Assembly (NCBI RefSeq): GCF_006345805.1
Contig: NC_043007.1
Span: 8,184,001-8,248,000, forward strand
Direction: 5' to 3'
DNA length: 64,000 bases
Origin: Octopus sinensis
Taxonomy: Eukaryota
Position 1 is the stretch's first letter; every line of letters begins with the position of its first letter. The notes under the pieces were generated by a model. The model was not told where the DNA came from. It searched no databases and saw only the letters and a list, made by a program, of their open reading frames with translations. Both the position numbers and the translations under genes were made by a program. This document shows, in pieces, positions 52,346 through 64,000 of this stretch.

Positions 52346-53106
52346 TGCTCAGTCAAAAATCCCAAATGTATGTATGTATGTATGTATGTATGTATGTATG
52401 TATATGTATGTATGTATGTATGCATGCATGCATGCATGTATGCATCATGCATGCATGTATGTATGTATGTATGTATGTATGTATGTATGTATGTATGTAT
52501 GTATGCATGCATGCATGCATGCATGCATGTATGTATGTATGTATGTATGTATGTATGTATGTATGTATGTATGTATGTATGTATGTATGTATGTATGGTC
52601 CTGGTTTCTTCGGTGGTGAAAAGAACCAGAACGAAATAGTGGTAGAAAGTTATAGCATTGTTCAAGAGGGAATGAAGAGTTGCCTCCCATGGAACGAAGT
52701 CATGTGGGGCCGAGCGGTGCTAGCCATGAGTGTTTGCATGTTTGTCGTTCTCTAATTCGACAAAAGAAACCATGTTGTCCAAAGGAATTTCCTTCTATGA
52801 GGGCAAGAAGAAAACATTTCGCTTTTACAATTTAGAAAAGCACTTCAGTTTATGAGATTGCTTCTTCTCTCCGTTAAACAAAACCTACGACGTCTAATTC
52901 AATTCAGATATGGTCTCACCTGTTCGTTAATGTTTGTTTTATGTCAAGTTATTTATAAAAGCAATTTAATTTAACATTAAACGCAAAGGTTCCCAATAAC
53001 TTTTAATAGAATACATATGAATTTTTACAAGGAAAAGATTAGAAATTATTTCGAGGTACCTGCTTTCTTGTCATTATCATTGATATGTATATGTATATTT
53101 GTGTGC

Positions 53107-53149
<43 letters not shown>

Positions 53150-53221
53150 TTCGAGACAAAACCACTATTTTGAAAATATATTTTCCCTAATATTTATTAT
53201 ATATATTATATATATATATAT

Positions 53222-53279
<58 letters not shown>

Positions 53280-53426
53280 GATATATATATATATATTATA
53301 TATTATATACATATATATATATAGCGGCGTTGGTACACTTTGGTCTTTATATATATACACGTACATATGCATACATACATACATACAAAAATGCATACTA
53401 TATAAGAGTATATGTATAGCTATATA

Positions 53427-53474
<48 letters not shown>

Positions 53475-53493
53475 TATATATATATATAGATAT

Positions 53494-53526
<33 letters not shown>

Positions 53527-53800
53527 TGTGTGTGTGTGTGTGTGGTGTGTGTTATACATACATATATATATATGTGCGCGCGTGTGTGTGTGTGTATAAG
53601 TTAATTAGAGGATATATTAATCTCTTAAAGGGATAATTACATCCAAGAAAATACTGGTTTTATACCTAATATTTTTGTGAAATAAAATTTCCTTAAATCA
53701 ATGGGTATATGCTATGCATATAATCCGTATTCAATTAATACAAGAAAAAAATTAAAAGTTGGAAGTTAACAATCATTTATTAATAAATTGATAATTCTTA

Positions 53801-53898
53801 CTTCCTACAGCTGTTTCAATTTGTGATCATGGAATAAATTACAAATTTATGCTTTAAATTTGCATTTATAAGATATGAGCAAAATATCATCAGGGAAA
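53801..53898 (-). ncRNA. Partly degenerate type I hammerhead in a Penelope-like remnant
   Basis: UUUCC-CUGAUGA-long AU-rich stem II-GAAAC-AGCU-GUA-GGAAG. Stem III is palindromic (ACAGCUGU); the base of stem II is a U-U mismatch. Confidence 0.55.
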
Positions 53899-54325
53899 AA
53901 GATATATAATAAAAGATGACATAGTTTATACCAGCAGACTAAATATATGGAGTTATTTTATTTTTATTTTTGTGTGTGCGTGAGTATTAACGGTTTCATT
54001 TGAATATAATAAGATATAAAGTAAAAACAAATAATAAGATAGAATAAAATAAAATAATATATAAAGTAAAATACAATGAAAATAATAGGTATAAAAATAT
54101 AAAATAAGATAAAAATAGGAATAAAATAAATAAATAAATAATAGTAAAAATGAGATAGACTAGAATATACATATATAGATGAATATGTAAATACAGATAT
54201 ACATATATAAAAAATATATGTTAAAAAATACACACACACACACACACACCACACATATATATATATATATATATATAAAAGACTCACAGTATAATCGATG
54301 CATATATATGTATTTTAATATATAT

Positions 54326-54357
<32 letters not shown>

Positions 54358-54998
54358 ATATAAAATTAAAGGTTAAAACCACTATTATGCAACTCAAACA
54401 GGATAGGCATAAATCAAAACATAAATAACAAATAATATATATTTTTATAAAACATATAACTAGATCACAAAAAGTATAAAAATGAATGATCAATATATAA
54501 GTAAAAAAAAAATACGTACGTTTCATGGCTACAATTATATTCGAATTACAGTTAAGTTTAAATTAGTCAATCTTCAGGTTAACGATAATAGTTAAATAAA
54601 TAAGCAAATCGAGTTAAACGATATTTATTTAAAAATTAAATACAATAATAATTTTTCTTATAGAAAAAACTCCATTAACTAAATTTGAAACTTAAAACAT
54701 TAGGATTATTTCCTACAATACATTTATTATGTTAAATATTTCATATTTAAGGTAAAAAAAAAAAGTGCTACGGCTTTGTCGACGTTTATATGGTTCTTAC
54801 GTGAGACAAGTCCTCCTAAATTCAAAATTACCTGGTCTAATGTACATAAAGCACAACCTTACAGGAACTGGAGCTTCAGATCAAAGAACATGGCGAAGCG
54901 ATGAGTACTTTTCCCAAACGTCATTTGTAGTTATGTGACCTCTGATGACTATGAAGTCCGCTTCAGGAGAGACAGATACGTCCGCAGTTCTGCGGACG

Positions 54999-55093
<95 letters not shown>

Positions 55094-55100
55094 TGTGTGT

Positions 55101-55135
<35 letters not shown>

Positions 55136-55146
55136 ATGTATCTATG

Positions 55147-55193
<47 letters not shown>

Positions 55194-55368
55194 CCAAACT
55201 TTTTATATATATATCCAAACTTTTAACCATATAGATATGCGAAGTTATCACCAAATATATATATATATATTATATATATACACTTATACATATATATAAA
55301 CATATGTATATATACATATATGTGTGTGTGTGTGCATACATATATACATGTAATGTATGTACGTGTAT

Positions 55369-55415
<47 letters not shown>

Positions 55416-55417
55416 CA

Positions 55418-55521
<104 letters not shown>

Positions 55522-55678
55522 CCTGCCTTGCATTAATATTTCTTCTTCGACTTCAAAAAGACCCTATCCGATGTAATGCAACCCATTAACAAAAATGAAA
55601 AGCTAGCTTTATATCAACTCGCACTACAATTTGGTTTCCACGTCACAGTTATTAACTCTCTATCGACATTTCTCCATT

Positions 55679-55738
<60 letters not shown>

Positions 55739-55799
55739 CTCTTCTCTCTGGCTGATTTCCAAGACGAGGATGCCATGCTTGTTCACGAATAAACAATCA

Positions 55800-55854
<55 letters not shown>

Positions 55855-56251
55855 GCTTATATTCTTCATATTTATGCAGAATCTTCTGTTTCATTCATCT
55901 ATAATACAACATTTTAATTGCTATAAATACGAAATTACTCCGAGAAAAACAAAAATCTATCAAATCGAATTTAGTTTTCGTTTACTTTTATTTGTTTCAT
56001 TTATTACTATTATTTTTTTTTTGCTTTTATTTTTATTTCATTTCTTTAAAACCTGAATTCAGTATTATTCAGAAAAGAAAGATTTAAAACAAAAAAAAAT
56101 CAAGTAGGCTGGAATTTTATGTTAAGGAAAGATATTTGGAGAAATGCTTTAGTTTTTTAATTGATAGAATGAAACGGGAAGACTAAAAATCAATAAATTG
56201 TATTCATATATCGATGTGTAGGCGAATTTTCTATCGGTGTGTATCTGTCTA

Positions 56252-56295
<44 letters not shown>

Positions 56296-56596
56296 ACATG
56301 CACACATGTAATGTATTCGCCGTAAATAATCTGTTCGCCATGATTGATCGCTGGCCACTAAACCTTTTTCTATTTTCTCTCTCTGTTTATTCCTGTGTTC
56401 CTTTCTGTTGAAGAGCTTTGGCTCGAAACGTGAAAGTCTTTCTCACTTTCCCGACCGTTAAATTAATACATCTGTTTGTTGTTTACGCACCCGTCTTCGT
56501 CTTTTGTTTTGTTCTTTTGTTTGTTTTTTGTAAATTCCAACTATGTGAGTGTGTGTGTGTGTATGTGTGTTGTGTGTGTGTGTGTGTGTGTGTGTG

Positions 56597-56637
<41 letters not shown>

Positions 56638-56638
<1 letters not shown>

Positions 56639-57502
56639 AAGATACAATGCAGAAGTTTTGAGACTTTTTACATTAATTTCAGAGAAGTACAAAACTCTAA
56701 TCTCCTTCAAAGTAGGATCCTGGGATTTCGGTGAACTTTTTGTGGTGCTCCAACCATTTCGTGAAAGTGCCATAGAACTCTTTCAAAGTTACGGTGTCCA
56801 AGACCCTTGTCACAGCTTCTTTCATCTTCTTTAAATTGGAGGACAACCAGGAACAGGGAACAAGGTCTGGGCCTCAGTGAGGGCGAGAGACAATTTTGAT
56901 TCCCATCTCTGTGAAGTATTTGGTTACCAGGATTGATTCGTGGACTCGTCCATTGTCCTGGTGCAGGACGTCTGACCTTTTGCGACAAAATCACTTCCTG
57001 AACTTCCTTGAAACCACCACAAACTACTCCTTGTTGAGCATCTGATCCCTAGAGGGAACCCAGTCGATGTAGACGATGCCTTTGTTGTCGAAAAACAGGT
57101 TCACCATTTGCTTCCCGGTGGACTTGCTCTGTCTGGCCTCTTGTACCAGCGGAAAACAGATGCTCGGTACGTACAATTTAATCCACGACCAGTCTGGAGC
57201 GTTTCATAAGTTTCTGTGGCGTTCTTGCCCAGTCTAACGCAAGACTTTATTGCATAGCGACCTTCCAGACTGAACTCACGTCTCGCCAGCATTCTGTAAA
57301 CCAGTCAGCTGCGACAAGCAGTATTTATTAGTTTGTGTTCAAAGTGCTCTTACAGTCGTATCGTTCAATCTGGACTAAAAGATTGGAAGGTCAGCTTATT
57401 ATATGTACAGAGTAATGATAAACTAAATCTCAAATGATCTTGGACATTCATAACTGCCTCTCCTATAAAAAAAACGTCTCAAGATTTCTGGAATGTACCT
57501 TG
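56638..57502 (-). mobile_element. Internally deleted mariner
   Basis: TA flanks; TIR CAAGATACAATGCAGAAGTTTTGAGAC vs reverse complement CAAGGTACATTCCAGAAATCTTGAGAC. N-terminus RYAIKSCVRLGKNATETY, C-terminus HQDNG..GSYFEGD*. Confidence 0.85.
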
Positions 57503-58189
57503 TATGTATGTATGTTTGTATGTATGTATGTTTGTATGTATGTATGTATGTTTGTATGTATGTATGTATGTATGTATTTTGTGTATTTATGTATGTATGT
57601 ATTATGTATGTAAGCATTTGTGTATGTATATATTATGTGTGTATGTATGTATGTCATTGTTCAGTTTTATTTCAAGCTTTCTTGCCAATAGAGAAAGACC
57701 TGGTTTCTAACCTGGATCCAAGGCTCCTTCGTTGAAATTTCAACATCAACAGAGTATTTTTGTTTGTTTGTATGTATGTATGTATGTATGTATGTATGTG
57801 TGTGTATGTATGTTTGTCTGTATTTATGTGTGTATTATGTATGTTTGTATGTATGTATGTATGTAGTATGTATGTTTGTATTATGTATGTATGTATGTAT
57901 GGATGTATGTATGTATGTATGTATGTTTGTATGTATGTATGTATGTATGTATGTATGTATGTATGTATGTATGTATGTATGTATGCATGCATGCCTGTAG
58001 TTCTGGGGTTTGGTAACTCACACACAAGAAGTAGAACTCAATACATGAGTATATATATTTCCTTCTTATTTTTAATAAACAGAAAGTTACAAAATTACTC
58101 CCAATCCGAGAGTTTCATGCATGGTACTTATCAGAGTTATCGGACTTTATTGCGATCAGATATCATCTCGGTTTTCAAGATGACAAAGC

Positions 58190-58485
58190 AACTAACCCAA
58201 CTGGGGTCAAATGTGCTCCCAAAGGAGAGGACGGAAAAGGTGTAAGAGAGAAAGGGAACCAAGTACCCGAAGTTGGTGGAGAACTGCCGCATGAATGATT
58301 GGAGAACGAGGTGTTTGCCAGTGAAGGTTGGCAGTGAGGATTCACAGGTGGTAACCTAAGTAAAGCCTGTGGAACTTTGGATATTACTGGAGTGGGCCAC
58401 AGAAGAGCAGCCGGGGACAACGTAGAGGCTGTGGAGAAAGCATCTTTATGAGTCTGGCTGAGAAGAGATGATTGGTAAGGTCGGC
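58190..58485 (+). mobile_element. HERO/NeSL-like RLE LINE 3' fragment
   Basis: ERKGTKYPKLVENCRMNDWRTRCLPVKVG..LSKACGTLDITG..EAVEKAS..WLRR resembles the HERO C-terminus. Boundaries approximate. Confidence 0.6.
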
Positions 58486-58821
58486 AGAATGCCGTTTGGA
58501 CGCAGTCATAGGTTTGACCACAGTTGGGTCGCCTGGATCAAGGAGGACGCTATAAGACCCAAAGCAACCAGTGATTCTCGGGTACAACAATGACGATGGG
58601 TCCAAATATTCCATCCGTAATGCACGTTGAACTGTAAAGGCGTGGCTGCGTGGTAAGAAATTTGCTTCCCAACCAGATGGTTTCGGGTTCAATTCCATTG
58701 CGTTGCAAGTGACTTCTACTTTAGCTTCGGACCGAATAAAGCCTTGAAAGTGGATGTGGGAGACTAAAATTGAAAGAAGCCCGTCGTACATATCCATGCA
58801 TATATATATATATATATATAC

Positions 58822-59902
58822 ATGACGATGATTGCTCATCTTGACAGATGATAGCCGTCCCATCAACACATACACCACACCCTATCACACAGTGCAATCA
58901 CTCCGTTGATGAGCCCTTAAATAACTTTTAAGACCAGCTGCTTAAGTGACAGATATTATTCAAGTTTCTTCTATATCTTTGCCCTTTGGAATCTGATTCT
59001 GAAGGAGTGTTTTCGTGAACCAGCATATGTCTTTTAAGCCCAGATATTGTCTTACAAATGTTTTGACATATGACACAAGTCGTAAGAGGCGGTTGGTGTC
59101 CAAGATCATTACCTGTCTGGCCATTACATTTTTCCTGTGACTTCACATGATTCACGTATCCTGCTTTTGACAACAGAACACGGTCACATATAATACATAC
59201 CCAACGTTCACTGTTGATTCCAGTCCCAATTGTTCCTTTGCAACAGACTCTTTTAAGTTCAGACTGCTGAATCCTCTTTTCCTCCCATGTTTTTCAACCA
59301 GTCCTAACAGCACCTCTTCACTTGTTCCGATCCAGAACATCAATTTCCCAATCACTTTTGTTCATATCGAGTTTCTTCAGGTTTTCCTTCACACAGTCTT
59401 TATACCTTTTCCTCAGCTTATGTTGTGGTCGCTTACCAGAGTTGAGCTCACCAAACAAAATATACGCTTTGGCAAACGACTGTCTTTCATTCTAATAACA
59501 TGTCCAATCCATCTCATTTGAGCCAAGACAACATGGTGTTCAATTCTGCTACAACGTACCATGCGCTAAACCCCTGTATCTGGCATGAAACATTCCCACT
59601 TCACTCCTAAGATATGCCTGGGGCACTTTTGATGAAATCTCCCCAGCATTTTTATGTGACGCTTGTAAGTGGTCCATGTCTCACGTGACTAAAGAAGAGC
59701 AGACAATACACACGCTTAATAGACACTGATTCTTGCCTGCAGGGAAATACCTCTATCTGCCCACACTCGCTTTTCAAGCTTTCCAAATGTAACTCTTCCC
59801 TTCCTTATTCGATAGTATGTCTCTGCATCAAGACCGCCATCTCTTGACAGTGTGCTTCCAAGAGAAACAAAGGTGTCAACGACTTCTAACCTTGTTCCAT
59901 TA
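58822..59902 (-). mobile_element. RTE-like LINE 3' fragment with C2H2 finger, inside a split SINE
   Basis: CNGTRLEVVDTFVSLGSTLSRDGGLDAETYYRIRKGRVTFGKLEKRVW...CVICQNICKTISGLKRHMLVH. SINE head at 58640-58790 and tail at ~60165-60388. Confidence 0.75.
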
Positions 59903-59997
59903 CATACATACACACATACATACACACACATACATACATACATACATACATACATACATACTACATACATATATATATATATAATATATATATATAT

Positions 59998-60045
<48 letters not shown>

Positions 60046-60550
60046 GAATAAGAAATGTCTTTTCTGATAATTTTTCCACTAATGCGGAAAAATTATCAGA
60101 AAATACATTTCTATTCATTTTTTTCATATATATATATATATATTTGCGTGTGAGAGTGTGTGTGTGAGAGACAGTCTTTATGCCTGTGTTTGTCCCCAAT
60201 CGCTTGACAACCAGTGTCGGTGTGTTTATGTCCACGCGACTTAGCGGTTTGGCAAAAGAACCCGAGAGAATAAGTTCCTGGATTTGACAAAAAATAAAAA
60301 CTGGGCGGGGGGGATTCGTTCGACTAAAATTCTTGTAGGTAATGCCCCAGCAAGGCCACAATCCAATGACTAAAACAAATAAAAGACATACAGCTATCTT
60401 TCTATCATACTTAATGTAAATACATCGTTGAAAGGCAAATTCACTGTGATATTCATCCGGAGATGATATCTCTTATGGACGTGCTGTGTTTAAAGACACA
60501 ATACATATCAGATGGAGACGAAAATCGTCCCAGCATCAACTAGCAAGAAC

Positions 60551-60590
60551 CCTAGATGCATTTCGGCCTCATTGCGGCTTATCAATGACG
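60551..60590 (-). ncRNA. Degenerate (probably inactive) minimal hammerhead
   Basis: UUGAUAA-GCC..GGCC-GAAA-UGC-AUC. Palindromic AUGCAU stem III; two core substitutions. Confidence 0.35.
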
Positions 60591-61360
60591 TGTACTTACA
60601 GTCAACCACATATTTCGACGAGATTCGTCGCCACCGATATATAGAAAATCAGTAAATAAACATCCACTCACTCTAAAAATGGAGACAGCCTTGATTCAGT
60701 CAAAGAAGATTCAGTCAAAAATGGAGACAGCCTTGATTCGTAAAAAGAAGCGCTAAGAATGGTCCGAACCTGATGTCCTGATGAGGGCGTCAGTCTCCAT
60801 CTACGATCCTCACGCTTCCGTAGAATCATGAAGGGGCGAACTGACAGGCTGCTCGGGATTTCGAAACACAGTCTCGGGAACAAGACTATACGAGCGAGGC
60901 TAATCGAGGAGGGGCAAATAAACGCTTACGCATACACACACCAACAGACACGTCCATTCATTCCGCCTGGACCATTCCACTCTAGAATATTTCGCTTGTC
61001 TTAAATACTCTTCTACCAGCAAAATTCCAGCAGCTATTTAACCGAATTACCACAGCACCGTTCTCAAGACAATATTGATTCCGAAGCGAATGTCCAGGAA
61101 CCTATTACGAAATTAAAAATATAAATAAATAAAGTGAAGAATCTCATTGTTGTAGTTATTGCATACAAATGCAGAAATCGTTCAAAGTGGCTGCATTTGC
61201 GAAAATCTCTTCCGATCGATTGTAATCGAATCTTGCTTTGGTATATCTAAACCCTTCTCTACAATCTGTCATTACAGTTCTTTCCATCCACATGGGGGGC
61301 AACTGGAACTAAAAATAGAGCTACTATTATAACTAGTAGTAGTAGTTTTAGTAGTAGTTT

Positions 61361-61414
<54 letters not shown>

Positions 61415-61449
61415 CAGCAGAGGTGGTGGTGGTGCTGCTGCTGCTGTTG

Positions 61450-61483
<34 letters not shown>

Positions 61484-61738
61484 CGCTGAACCCAATGGCT
61501 TACTGTATTATTCAGTTGCGTTTCTTTCTGATCTCAGTCCTGTGTATCCCCAACCGAGCTCACTTTTGCTCCTCTTCATCCGTCTGGAGTCGTTCAGTTG
61601 AATCGTGGCATCGATTCCATCGAATCCGACCACAAAAATCAGAGACTTTATTTCTTCATTACAAAACCCATTAATATTATTATGTAATCGACTCATCCCC
61701 TCCTCCAAGAACACTGTCCTTGTGGCAAAATTTGAAAC

Positions 61739-61796
<58 letters not shown>

Positions 61797-63722
61797 GCCT
61801 TTGAACAGCTTCTAACGCTGGAGATGCACTACGGTGTCAACTGTTCACTACCAGCACCTTCCGGAGTTTTCGAGTGGTTCCAAGCAGTGCTGTTTTCTGT
61901 AAGTGCTCCACCCTTATTGCAGCCCCTATTTGTTCTATGTACTTCTCGAGATTTTTACTCACTGTTCCCAGGTCTCTGACAATTATTCGTATTACTACCA
62001 CCTTTTACATCGACCACAACTGCTTTACCTCCCAAGCTAACCTGTCATATCTCTCGACTTTTCTTTCTTCCTTGTCGCATACCTTGTTGTCAGCTGGGAA
62101 TGCTATATCTATGATCCAGCATAGTTTGTTTTCTTTCTCAATTAAGACTATGTCTGGCTTCCTATTCATAAAATCATAAAATCCCACAGAATCTTTGCAT
62201 TTCTATTTTCTACGATGCCTTCATGTTTGTGGTCTATTGTGTATTTTATGTAGTTTGTTCTTAGTGCTTGCTCTTGGGCAGCACAGATTTAGAGCCTCCA
62301 TTTCCGGTTTTAAATCACTTTTAGTCATCCACAGCCATCTTTTCTCTTTTTTTGTCTTATCTTCAACATCCTTATGAAATTGACCATGCATCCTTTTCTT
62401 TACCCACCTATTTTCAGTTTCATTCGTTTTCAATTTCTTGTACAGTGCTTTATCTTTGCAATCTTTCATCCTACACAAGCGCGACCTTCCTACTTCTAAT
62501 TACAGCGGTTCTGTGGCATTTTTTACACACCATGCTATGTTGTTTTTTCTGTTCTAATGCTGTGTTCGCATCCAATCAGTCCTCTTCCCCCTCTTTTCCT
62601 TGGTACATACAGTCTGTCTGTGTCACATTTTGGGTGGAGTGACCCATATCTAATTAGCAACTTCCTTGTCTTTCTGTCTAAGCTGTTTAATTCGTCTACT
62701 GTCCGTGCGATTACCCCTGCTCCATATCTGAGGAGTGAAACCGCCCAGGTGTTGATAGCTTCGATCTTATTCCGTCCATTTAATTTCGACTTAAGGATCA
62801 GTCTCAGTCTGCGCAAGTACTCCTCCTTAAATTTTTCTGTCATGTCTTTCTCCGTCAATTTATTCATTTCCAGTATCCCCAAGTACTTATAGCCCGTCTC
62901 TTCTATCTGCTTCATAACCTCCCCCGACGGTATCGCTAGCCCCTCCATACATTTGATTTTGCCTCTCTTCAAGATTAACACACCACACTTTCTCAGTCCG
63001 AACTCCATTCTGATATCAGCACTGAAGGTATACACTGTATCAACGAAGGAACTGACAAGGGCTTCATCTTTACCATAAAGTTTGAGGTGGTCCATGAATA
63101 ACAAGTGGTTGACTTTTTGTTGGCGACTTTTGAATACATACCCAGCTTTTGCTTTCCTCAGAATCACTGTTAGTGGTATCAAGCACAGTACAACGATCAG
63201 TGGGAACAGGCAGTCCCCTTGGAGGATGTCCCTCTTAATTTCTACCGTCCCTAAATTCTTTTGATCCAGTAGCCTTGAACTCCATCTGGTCCCGGGGCCT
63301 TCCGGTTGCTCTTTTTTGGTGGGGGGGGGCTGATTTCCTTCACTTCCTTAACTGAAATGACTAGTTCTGCCTGTTTTAGACAGACTACTGTTTGTTTCAG
63401 TTCTTGCAACCATTCAGAATCCTTCTTGTGCTCCTTGTCTTTGCTCCAGATGTCACTCCGAAACCTTTGACTTTCAATGTTATCTGGTATCAACTTTTCA
63501 TCTGTACACTCACCATTTATATCTTTATAGAATCTCTTCTGATCTACTCTGAATAGCCTATTCTGGTGGTAACCCTTCATTCTTTGGTCGTATCTTACCA
63601 TCTTTGCTTTCTTTGCTACGAGGCGCTGTTTCAGTTCCTCCACTTCTACTTTCAGGCCCTTTCTTTCAATATTATACTTCCTTTTCAGTGCCCTATATTT
63701 TTGTTCGCTTTTAAGCTCCCCT
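61797..63722 (-). mobile_element. Dong/R4-clade LINE, 5'-truncated with internal deletions, 3' end in (TAA)n
   Basis: NRLFRVDQKRFY, KAPGPDGVQGYWIK, NHLLFMDHLKLYG, LYVPRKRGGRGL, KRMHGQF, RKPDIVLIEK..IIDIAFP. Abuts (ATT)n at 61740-61796. Confidence 0.88.
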
Positions 63723-64000
63723 TAAATTCGTCGAATGACAGGCAGAAACTTTATTGAAGAACACTCTTTGTCTCACACACAGTAATGGCTCCGGCTGTTA
63801 ACATACAAAATAAGCTTGACTCTGATATTGAAATTTCACGAAATCTAAATATATTTTTATTTTCTTCGATAAAACCAATAAACTATACGAAATAAACAAT
63901 AACAATATATACACAATTACTTATAAAAACTATCGCTACCAATTAATGAAAAATTAGTGCACAGATATAATAACAACAACAACAACAACAACAACAACAA

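Noticed and set aside
60778-60880. CTGATGAG...GAAACACAGTC hammerhead candidate
   Set aside because: Stems I and II do not pair convincingly.

Overview
AT-rich, microsatellite- and transposon-dense animal DNA. The SINE/LINE families and (TA)n/(TATG)n tracts look like an Octopus genome; this is inferred from repeat content. The only host gene I can support is the last four coding exons (guanylate-kinase domain) of a Stardust/PALS1/MPP5 MAGUK on the + strand (11779-22073). The rest is mostly mobile DNA: RTE LINEs (one nearly full length) with a PHD-type finger inside the RT, Dong/R4, HERO and CR1-like fragments, mariner, hAT, piggyBac-like and Helentron-like elements, a Chapaev3-like element in a triple nest, tRNA-derived SINEs, and a 100-N gap at 40790-40889. 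The most striking structure lies about 2.8 kb past the MPP5 stop. It is a 1244-bp-period tandem dimer (24877-27331) of a 1095-bp foldback, inserted into the internal (TA)n of a SINE. Each of its four arms carries an intact minimal type I hammerhead ribozyme motif, in the order -,+,-,+. This fits a non-autonomous Penelope-like or retrozyme-like element. Degenerate hammerheads of the same architecture occur elsewhere in the window. Most ORFs in the supplied track are microsatellite or antisense artefacts.
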